From Candidatus Melainabacteria bacterium (lineage in GTDB: Bacteria; Cyanobacteriota; Vampirovibrionia; 2-02-FULL-35-15), in contig JACOTS010000134.1 of the NCBI GenBank assembly GCA_016178265.1, forward strand, positions 1 through 35,711: DNA of 35,711 nucleotides, read 5' to 3'. Positions 28,140 to 35,711 of this stretch are shown piece by piece; positions within the stretch are counted from its first letter, which is position 1; every line of letters begins with the position of its first letter. Below the pieces are notes generated by a model that did no database searches, was not told the origin of the DNA, and worked only from the letters and a program-made list of their open reading frames with translations. Position numbers and translations under genes: made by a program.

Positions 28140-28140
28140 T

Positions 28141-28812
28141 ATGAATATTTGTTTTGATCTTGATGGTCCCATAATTGATGTTTCTGATAGATATTATCGG
28201 GCTTATCTTGAGAGTTTAAAAGGGTACGATATTTCCTCTGAGCATATATTATCAAAAGAAGATTTTTGGAAGTTTAAGCAAAATAGGGTTACTGACATTG
28301 AAATTGGTATTTTGACGGGTCTTACCTTTAAAGAAGCTAAGAAATCAGCAGATTTGAGACGTAAAATAACATTCTTAAGTGAATTTTTACCACTGGACAA
28401 ACTTTATGGAGATGTAATTGAAACATTTAACTTTTTAAACTCAAAAGGGATACCATTTTTCATGGCAACCCTTCGCAGGGATAGTCAAATGCAATATGCA
28501 GTAAAGCAGTTTAAGCTTGATAAGTATTTTAATAGCAACTTCCTTTTTGCACTTGAGGAGGAGCAAAAAGTAGAAGGAGATATTCAGGAAAAATACACGC
28601 TTTTTTTTAGCGCAATAAATAAACTGCATTTAAATCCCCAAGAAACGTGGATAATTGGTGATTCTGATACTGATATTCATGCAGCAAGACTTGCAAAGAT
28701 TAAAACAATCGTAGGAATAACTAGAGGAATTAGAAGCAAAGAGCAACTAGAGATATTAGCACCTGATTATATAGTTTCAAATTTGAGGGAATTTGTTAGC
28801 TTGATAAAATAG
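28141..28812 (+). CDS. HAD family hydrolase
   Basis: FDLDGPI motif I and IGDSDTD motif IV. Confidence 0.9.
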   Translation: MNICFDLDGPIIDVSDRYYRAYLESLKGYDISSEHILSKEDFWKFKQNRVTDIEIGILTGLTFKEAKKSADLRRKITFLSEFLPLDKLYGDVIETFNFLNSKGIPFFMATLRRDSQMQYAVKQFKLDKYFNSNFLFALEEEQKVEGDIQEKYTLFFSAINKLHLNPQETWIIGDSDTDIHAARLAKIKTIVGITRGIRSKEQLEILAPDYIVSNLREFVSLIK

Positions 28813-28860
28813 CGTTACTACCTAGCTACCGTAATATTCCCAAGTAAACTATTCAAAAGG

Positions 28861-28966
28861 TAAGGTTTTATCCGATTTATTCGGTAAAATCTTGATAGCA
28901 ATGTTAAGAAGTAGCTAATATATGCACTTTGCAAAACCGGCGAAGCCCATTCGTGGGCGAGCCGGT
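28861..28966 (+). repeat. variant element copy F (hairpin 1 plus a different GA/TTCG hairpin)
   Basis: taaggttttatccgatttattcggtaaaatct and accggcGAAgcccaTTCGtgggcGAgccggt. Confidence 0.7.
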
Positions 28967-29001
28967 GGCAGGCAGAAACAAAATAGCTTTTACGATACTT
29001 G

Positions 29002-30006
29002 TTATCTTAGCTTAGATCCTACTTTTAATAATGCAAATAAAGGGTTTTGTCTTGTTTTTAAATCATCAAGCTCTTCTTCTAACTCTTTGATTTTTTGTCT
29101 TAATCTTAAGGACTGGTGTTCATGTTTTCTTTGAAGGGTCAAAAGTTCTTTTCTGTGTTGATCACTTGACTTAAGATAGTAAGCTTCCCATGCCTTTTGT
29201 TTTCTATCTATCAGCTCTTCTATTTGCTTTTTTAATGTAGAAATTTGTTCTTTATATTGCTCTTCAATTTCTTCTCCTCGGGCTCTAAATTCTTCTTCCA
29301 TTTCATCAATGATTTCTCTTAGTTCTTCTGCTTCAGCTAAATTGTCTTCTGATTTTACAGATAATTCTTCATTCCTTTTTTTTGTTTCTTCAAGCTCTGT
29401 TTCTTTTTTAATCAAGGCTTCATAAAGCTCTTTAGCTTTTTTCCCTTTTATTTTTAATGGGGTTGCACCTTCCTTATATGCAGCAAGAAGGGCTTCTAAT
29501 TGTTTCTTTTGACTTATTGCATCAGCAAGCCTTCTATCCATGCTATCAAGAGTTTTTTGTTTTACTTCTAGCTCTTTTTGAAGCATTGCCATATTTGAGA
29601 TTTCTGAATCTGAATTTAATAAGTCTTCAAGAGTTTTTTCCAGTTCATGAACTCTGCTCCTTAAGCTGGTTAATTCCTGCCTTGCTATATTAAGAGATTG
29701 TTTAAGCCTGTATGTCGGAGATAAAGCAAGGATATTTTTTATTTCATCACTGTGTTCTATATCTGTACTTTTTAATATTTCAGAAACTGAAGAAAGCACT
29801 TTTATTTCATTATTTGAAAGTCCTGAGGCTCTAAGCTTATGAAAAAATTGAATTAGTTTCAGTTCTTCATCAGTAAAGGTATTAATTGCATTATCATCAG
29901 AATTTCCTGCTAGCTCTAGTTCTTGTTCATAAAACAATAGTTCTTCTTCGCTAATATTTAGCTTTTTAAGAAGATCTTCTCTGTCTATTTTTGTTTGTTC
30001 TGCCAT
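29002..30006 (-). CDS. MerR-like HTH plus long coiled-coil protein
   Basis: N-terminal LNISEEELLFYE..FTDEELK..GLSNNEIK; Glu/Lys heptad-rich remainder. Confidence 0.65.
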   Translation of the reverse strand: MAEQTKIDREDLLKKLNISEEELLFYEQELELAGNSDDNAINTFTDEELKLIQFFHKLRASGLSNNEIKVLSSVSEILKSTDIEHSDEIKNILALSPTYRLKQSLNIARQELTSLRSRVHELEKTLEDLLNSDSEISNMAMLQKELEVKQKTLDSMDRRLADAISQKKQLEALLAAYKEGATPLKIKGKKAKELYEALIKKETELEETKKRNEELSVKSEDNLAEAEELREIIDEMEEEFRARGEEIEEQYKEQISTLKKQIEELIDRKQKAWEAYYLKSSDQHRKELLTLQRKHEHQSLRLRQKIKELEEELDDLKTRQNPLFALLKVGSKLR

Positions 30007-30076
30007 TTAAGTACTTTTTTATTTGAATTTGTAGAAAATATTTAACATTTATATTACCATTATGACTTGACCAGAT

Positions 30077-30997
30077 ATGATGGTAAATAAGATAAAAAAG
30101 TTAAGATTAAATATTTCTAATCTACAAAAGCAAGTATTAATATTATCCCTTGTTTTTTTATTTGTAGGAATACATTGTTTTGCAAAAGATTTGCCTGCGG
30201 ATAAAAATGACCTTAAAGTTATCATATTCCCTGAAAAGCCGAAACAAGGGGATACTGTTTCTGTAAAAATCAAGAAACACCCAGAGGTTAAAAATCCTCC
30301 AAAGGTTTATTTTGAAAAATCCAAACAAGCTGTGTTTGAGATTAATGATACTTGGTATAGAAGTCTTATTCCCCTTACAGCTAGTAAGAAGCCAGGTACA
30401 TATGGACTTGATGTTTTTTATGATGATAAGAAAAAAAATATAGATCTTATAGTTGGCATAACTGACTACATAGTTGAAGAACTTACCTTAACCAAAGAAA
30501 TTGCAGGTCTTATGACTACACCAATTGAAAGAAAATCAGTTGGTAATGCAATAAATGCAATTAGTGATATTAGGTATTGGGATGGAAAGTTTAGTTATCC
30601 ATCTTCTGGAAAGCAATCTACCCCATATGGGGTAAAAAGAAAAATAAACGGGGTGTTAAATGAAAGCTATTTTCACAAAGGACTTGATTTTGCAGTTCCA
30701 ACAGGAAGTAAAGTAATTTCCCCTGCAAAAGGGAAAGTAATTCTTGCAGGGCATCAAAAAAATGGATTTGTAGTAAATGGAAATTGTGTTTTTGTCGACC
30801 ATGGTCATGGGGTTGTAAGTGCATTTTTACACTTAAGTGAAATTAATGTTAAAGAAGAAGACATAGTTGAAAAGGGTCAGTTAGTTGGAAAAGTAGGTGG
30901 TACAGGCATTGCAACTGGACCACATCTACATTGGGGTATATATGTTTTTGGTCAGCCTGTTGAACCTGAGCTTTGGGTAAAACAAGTGGTAGACTAG
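30077..30997 (+). CDS. M23 family metallopeptidase
   Basis: HKGLD, DHGHG and TGPHLHW motifs; signal-like N-terminus. Confidence 0.92.
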   Translation: MMVNKIKKLRLNISNLQKQVLILSLVFLFVGIHCFAKDLPADKNDLKVIIFPEKPKQGDTVSVKIKKHPEVKNPPKVYFEKSKQAVFEINDTWYRSLIPLTASKKPGTYGLDVFYDDKKKNIDLIVGITDYIVEELTLTKEIAGLMTTPIERKSVGNAINAISDIRYWDGKFSYPSSGKQSTPYGVKRKINGVLNESYFHKGLDFAVPTGSKVISPAKGKVILAGHQKNGFVVNGNCVFVDHGHGVVSAFLHLSEINVKEEDIVEKGQLVGKVGGTGIATGPHLHWGIYVFGQPVEPELWVKQVVD

Positions 30998-31177
30998 TTA
31001 TTATTAGTATGTCATGATATGTTGTAAATGACTTATTATAAGTACAATTGCCAAAATTGGAAGTGTAACAAGTTCTGACATTAATTAAATAGATTATAAG
31101 TTAAAATAGGGCATGCTTAGCAAGGAAATGCAAGCATTGTGACTTAAGGGGAAGTAACGGGAGGGAAAGATTGGCCT

Positions 31178-31474
31178 ATGTTTAATAAGATAAGGATATT
31201 ATTTTACTCACTAGCTCTTATTGTTTTTATGACAGCATGTGCTGCACCAAAGCCAGCTGAAGAAGTAGATGAGCTAGAAGAAGAGTTTGAAGAAGTTCAA
31301 GAAGAAGACGAAACAGAGGAAGCAGTAGAAGAAGCTACAGAAGAAGCACCTGCTGAAACTCCAGCTGAAGCGCCCGCAGCACCAGCTGAAGAAAAAGCAA
31401 TGACTGATTCTGGAGCACAAGGTGAAGCAGAAGAAGCTACAGCACCTGAAACTGAAGAAACAACAGAAGAATAA
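31178..31474 (+). CDS. acidic low-complexity lipoprotein
   Basis: lipobox MTAC; Glu/Ala-rich; GGAGG RBS. Confidence 0.75.
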   Translation: MFNKIRILFYSLALIVFMTACAAPKPAEEVDELEEEFEEVQEEDETEEAVEEATEEAPAETPAEAPAAPAEEKAMTDSGAQGEAEEATAPETEETTEE

Positions 31475-31490
31475 ATTGTTTAACCATTTT

Positions 31491-31527
31491 TAGGACTGGC
31501 CATATAACTTAGCCAGTCCTAATTTTT
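31491..31527 (+). terminator. intrinsic terminator
   Basis: TAGGACTGGC...GCCAGTCCTA followed by Ts. Confidence 0.7.
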
Positions 31528-31540
31528 AGGAGGACGAAAA

Positions 31541-31672
31541 ATGAAAAAAATTCTATTAGCTTTGCTTGTAATGCAATTTACTTTTCTTCTATCAGGGTGC
31601 TGTCCCTGTGCTCTAAAAGATAAACCACAAGAAGAGCCGCCTGCTAACCAGGAATCTCAAATTGAAGAATAG
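31541..31672 (+). CDS. 43-aa lipoprotein absent from the ORF track
   Basis: AGGAGG RBS; MKKILLALLVMQFTFLLSGCCPCALKDKPQEEPPANQESQIEE*; lipobox LSGC. Confidence 0.75.
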   Translation: MKKILLALLVMQFTFLLSGCCPCALKDKPQEEPPANQESQIEE

Positions 31673-31673
31673 T

Positions 31674-32522
31674 ATGAATGCATTGCCTAAGTCTGAAATT
31701 AAAGCAATAACAAAGCTTCTTAAAACAAATGATGAATCAACAACATCCTTGCTTAAGGAACAGCTTAAGACTTTTGATATAAAGCTTTTAAAAGAAATTG
31801 AAGCTGAAATTCCTAAAGGTGACGATAGTCTTAGGGAGGGGTTTTTAAGTTTAATAACTGAGATTAAAAGAGAAAAGCTAAAGGAAGAATTTTCCAGGTG
31901 GTCAGGAAATAAATTGAGTACTTTAGAAGAAGGAATATTTTTAATTGCTTTATTTAATAACCCCCTTATTGATACCGAGAATTACTCTAAAATTTTAGAT
32001 AAATGGAGCTTGGAATTAAAACAGCATCTGGAAAAAGTTAAAGTTCCAGGTGATGTAACTTCAATTGTTAATGAGATTAATCACTTTTTGTTCATGGAGC
32101 TTGGGTTTAAAGGTAATAAGAAAGACTACTATGATCCTAGTAACAGTTTTATTGATGTAGTTATTGATCAAAAATCAGGTAATCCAATTTTACTTTCTAT
32201 AATTTATATGCTTGTTACAAATAAAATTGGGCTGCCAATAAAAGGCGTTAATATGCCTGCTCATTTTCTTGTTCAATACTTAGATACTTTTGAACCTATA
32301 TATGTAGATCCTTTTGGTCAGGGAGAAATTGTAACCAGGGAAGTTTGCAAGGACAGAATCAAAAGTTTAAAACTTGAGTGGCAAGAAAGCTACCTAACCG
32401 CTCCAACGGATAAACAAATAATTTTACGTGTAATGCAAAATCTTATCAATATTTATAATGACACCGGACAAGTTGATTTAAAAGAATGTTTAGAAAGTTA
32501 CATCAAAGCACTTAAAACATAA
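31674..32522 (+). CDS. transglutaminase-like SirB1 family protein
   Basis: LGFKGN..YYDPSNSFI, GNPILLS, GVNMPAHF and VDPF motifs. Confidence 0.85.
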   Translation: MNALPKSEIKAITKLLKTNDESTTSLLKEQLKTFDIKLLKEIEAEIPKGDDSLREGFLSLITEIKREKLKEEFSRWSGNKLSTLEEGIFLIALFNNPLIDTENYSKILDKWSLELKQHLEKVKVPGDVTSIVNEINHFLFMELGFKGNKKDYYDPSNSFIDVVIDQKSGNPILLSIIYMLVTNKIGLPIKGVNMPAHFLVQYLDTFEPIYVDPFGQGEIVTREVCKDRIKSLKLEWQESYLTAPTDKQIILRVMQNLINIYNDTGQVDLKECLESYIKALKT

Positions 32523-32587
32523 TATGCATGACGCTTTGGTTATGCTTGCTATTTTATGTAAATTCTTACTAAGTTATAATCGTATAC

Positions 32588-34861
32588 ATGACAGTTCTTG
32601 CAAATCAAAGACTAGAAATAAATGATGCACTGCTTGCTAAGTTAAAGCTTACTTGTGAAGAATATAAGAAAATAGTAGATCTTATAGGCAAAAAACCCAA
32701 TGAAGTTGAACTGCATATGTTTTCTGTTATGTGGTCTGAGCACTGTGCTTATAAGAACTCAAAACCACTGCTTAGAACTTTACCTACAAAAAATAAGTTT
32801 GTCGTAGTAGGACCAGGAGAAAATGCCGGGGTTATAGATTTAGGTGATGGCATTAAAGTTGCTTTTAAAATAGAATCTCACAACAGACCGACTGCAATTG
32901 AGCCTTTCCAAGGTGCAACAACAGGAGTTGGTGGCATTCTAAGAGATATTTTTACAATGGGGGCAAGACCTGTAGCTATTTTAGATAGTCTTAGGTTTGG
33001 TGATTTAAATATTGCAAGGACAAAATATTTATTCTCTGGAGCAGTAGGTGGAATATCTCACTACGGTAACTGTACAGGGATACCAAATATTGGTGGAGAA
33101 GCTTATTTTTATCCTACCTATAATGAAAATCCTCTTGTTAATGCTATGTGTATAGGAATAATGGAAACAGACAGTATTGTGAAATCAGCTGCATCTGGTA
33201 TAGGAAATCCAGTGCTTTATGTTGGTTCAAAAACAGGACGTGATGGCATAGGCGGAGCAAGCTTTGCAAGTTCTGGGCTTACTGAAAAAAGTCATGAAGA
33301 TAGACCTGCTGTTCAGGTAGGAGATCCATTTACTGAAAAGCTTTTAATTGAAGCTTGTCTGGAAGCTTTTAAAACAGGATATATTGTTGCTGCACAAGAT
33401 ATGGGAGCAGCAGGACTTACCTGTTCAACATCAGAAATGGCTGCAAAAGGAAAAGTTGGTATTGAGATTGATTTAGATAAAGTACCCATTAGAACAGACT
33501 TACTCCTTCCTGTTGAATACATGATTTCAGAGTCACAGGAAAGAATGCTTTTTGTTGTAAAAAAAGGATATGAAAAAGACATAACAAAGATATTTGATAA
33601 GTGGGGATTGGATTCTGTTCAGATTGGACAGATTACAGATACAAAAAATGTGGTTGTAAGCTATAAAGGAGAAATAGTTGTTGATGTGCCTGCTGATGCT
33701 CTTGTATCTCAAGCTCCTGAATATAAAAGAGAAGGTATTGAACCTTCATACATATCAAAAAACAGACAATTTAATGAGAGTGAAATCCCTGATTTAAAAC
33801 AAGAAGACATACTACCTACACTTCATAAACTTTTAGAGTCCCCAAACATATGTTCTAAAAAATGGATTTATAGGAAATATGATCACCAGGTGCAAACAAA
33901 TACGGTAATCAAACCAGGCGGAGCAGCTGGTTTAATAAGACTTAAACGGTGTATAGCACGAGATACGAAATACGGTATACGAAATACTGAAACAGGTTTA
34001 GCTGTACCCTTAGATGGTAACTCTGCTTATGTTTATCTTAATCCTTATTTGGGCTCAATGATTGCAGTAGCTGAAGCAGCAAGAAATGTTTCTTGTACAG
34101 GAGCACTGCCAATTGCAATAACAAATAATTTAAATTTTGGAAATCCTGAAAAACCTGAAATATATTGGCAACTTTCTGAATCTGTAAGAGGAATAAAAGA
34201 TGCTTGCACAGCTCTTGATACACCAGTTACAGGGGGAAACGTTAGTTTATATAATGAAGGTAGTGGAGTTGATATATGGCCTACCCCAGTAATAGGAATG
34301 GTTGGCTATCTGGAAGATGTAAGTTTAGCAGTTGGTAGTAGTTTTAAAACTTGTGGTGATGTGATTCTCCTTTTAGGAGAACAAAAAAATGAAATAGGAG
34401 CATCTGAATATTTATATTTAAAAACAGGAAAAATCCAGGGGAAAGTACCTGAGCTTGATATAAGGCTTGAAAAAAATGTTCAAAGCAGCGTAAGAGAATT
34501 AATTAAAAGAAAACTTATTAATTCTGCTAATGATTGTTCAATTGGTGGACTTCTTGTAACCCTCTTAGAGAGTGCTTTTCCAAATGCTCTTGGCTTTACG
34601 CTTTCCAAGCTCCAGGCTCCAAGCTCTAAGCTCAGATTGGATGCTTTATTATTCGGTGAGACCCAGAGCAGAATAATAGTAAGCTTCAGTAAAGAGAAAG
34701 GACAAGAAGTAGAAAATCTACTGAAAGAACTAAACTGCCCTTACCAAAAGATTGGTAGTATTCAAGAAAAATTTATAGAAGCAAAATCTCTAGGAATAAA
34801 AGCTCCAATAAATGAATTAAAGGAAATTTGGCAAGAAACTTTAAGTATTAAATTATCCTAA
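32588..34861 (+). CDS. purL: phosphoribosylformylglycinamidine synthase subunit PurL
   Basis: WSEHCAYK, GENAG, KIESHN, QDMGAAGL, SESQERM and GGNVSLYN motifs. Confidence 0.97.
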   Translation: MTVLANQRLEINDALLAKLKLTCEEYKKIVDLIGKKPNEVELHMFSVMWSEHCAYKNSKPLLRTLPTKNKFVVVGPGENAGVIDLGDGIKVAFKIESHNRPTAIEPFQGATTGVGGILRDIFTMGARPVAILDSLRFGDLNIARTKYLFSGAVGGISHYGNCTGIPNIGGEAYFYPTYNENPLVNAMCIGIMETDSIVKSAASGIGNPVLYVGSKTGRDGIGGASFASSGLTEKSHEDRPAVQVGDPFTEKLLIEACLEAFKTGYIVAAQDMGAAGLTCSTSEMAAKGKVGIEIDLDKVPIRTDLLLPVEYMISESQERMLFVVKKGYEKDITKIFDKWGLDSVQIGQITDTKNVVVSYKGEIVVDVPADALVSQAPEYKREGIEPSYISKNRQFNESEIPDLKQEDILPTLHKLLESPNICSKKWIYRKYDHQVQTNTVIKPGGAAGLIRLKRCIARDTKYGIRNTETGLAVPLDGNSAYVYLNPYLGSMIAVAEAARNVSCTGALPIAITNNLNFGNPEKPEIYWQLSESVRGIKDACTALDTPVTGGNVSLYNEGSGVDIWPTPVIGMVGYLEDVSLAVGSSFKTCGDVILLLGEQKNEIGASEYLYLKTGKIQGKVPELDIRLEKNVQSSVRELIKRKLINSANDCSIGGLLVTLLESAFPNALGFTLSKLQAPSSKLRLDALLFGETQSRIIVSFSKEKGQEVENLLKELNCPYQKIGSIQEKFIEAKSLGIKAPINELKEIWQETLSIKLS

Positions 34862-34885
34862 AATTAGAGCAATCAACACACGTCA

Positions 34886-35557
34886 TTAGTGTAACTGTAA
34901 AAGTGGAAACAATTCAGCATCTGACTTGCCTGCATGAATGTTCCAATCATACAGTATCTTTTCTGCTTCAGTTATTTTTTTTGTATTCCAGTAAGGATGA
35001 TTACCTAACATGCCATATTGCCTGACATAGTTTGCAATATCAGGGGGCATTGCTTGAAGTAAGTAATCAGCAGTTTCATGAGAGTCTCCACCATCTGAAA
35101 TTAAAGCAGCTAAATATTTATACATCATTTCAATTTCTTCTTTTGGAAGATTGTGCCATAGTTCCTCAATCTCTCTTGTCAAAATTGTCTCGCTTGGTAT
35201 TCCCGGAAAATGGTCAAAATGTTTATTAACGTCTAAGCATTTGAAATGAGTATGAAATGGAATAAATGAATTAGCAGCCAGTGCAACACTTTTAACAACT
35301 TGGAGCCCACTTTTTTCTTCAAACCCTTCATTACGCGTGGAAACATAGCTAGCCGGCAGTAGAGAACCTACAAGTTCTGCATTATGCCTTACTTTTAAAC
35401 CTTCTTGGCTTGCACCACGTATTAGCCTGTCAAAAAACTGAGCAAGGGTTTCAATGCCAAGCTCTGATTTTCTATTTCCTCCAAGTGCTACTTGCATATC
35501 ACTAGCAATGCGACCTGCCATATGGGTTTTTACAACCGGTGATAAACTAATTGCCAT
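34886..35557 (-). CDS. hypothetical protein
   Basis: 223-aa ORF with AAGGAG RBS. Confidence 0.65.
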   Translation of the reverse strand: MAISLSPVVKTHMAGRIASDMQVALGGNRKSELGIETLAQFFDRLIRGASQEGLKVRHNAELVGSLLPASYVSTRNEGFEEKSGLQVVKSVALAANSFIPFHTHFKCLDVNKHFDHFPGIPSETILTREIEELWHNLPKEEIEMMYKYLAALISDGGDSHETADYLLQAMPPDIANYVRQYGMLGNHPYWNTKKITEAEKILYDWNIHAGKSDAELFPLLQLH

Positions 35558-35711
35558 AAATTTCTCCTTTAATAATCAACTAAAATTTATTTTTTCTTTT
35601 TTGTAGTGGAAAGATAGTAACAAAGCTTGACTTTGACTTGCAATATGGCTTTATGTATTAAACATGTTATTTTCTTCTGTCAGTCATTCTTAATCTTTTT
35701 TGGATCTTAGA

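Noticed and set aside
28815-28859. Minus-strand LLNSLLGNITVAR** as a displaced end of the coiled-coil gene (LFALLKVGSKLR*)
   Set aside because: Only a loose Leu/Arg pattern is shared, DNA similarity is low, and the orientation is opposite to element F.
28922-29134. 70-aa plus-strand ORF
   Set aside because: It runs through the palindromic repeat and antisense into the coiled-coil gene.

Overview
This is an AT-rich bacterial chromosomal window. The fusA, ffh, purL and radical SAM sequences look cyanobacterial and no photosynthesis genes are present, which suggests a Melainabacteria-like lineage (inference). It carries housekeeping genes (aconitase, nagB-like, nanE, ffh, pyrF, dnaJ, MoxR, fusA, recO, mtnA, purL) interspersed with orphan and secreted proteins, including Cys-rich peptides, a Tat DUF1501 protein and a 1411-aa S8 protease. 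The main unexplained signal is a dispersed ~85-bp two-hairpin element. Hairpin 1 has an invariant bulged T, hairpin 2 has two tandem GA/GA mismatches, and both show compensatory changes between copies. Copies start at a TAA/TAG triplet and/or end just before a start codon. The element brackets fusA and a Crp-like HTH gene on both sides, and in both cases the downstream copy is followed by a second, synonymously recoded copy of the gene's last ~15 codons. This suggests a cassette-like or 3'-end replacement system acting on core genes. No recombinase, transposase or reverse transcriptase is encoded in the window.
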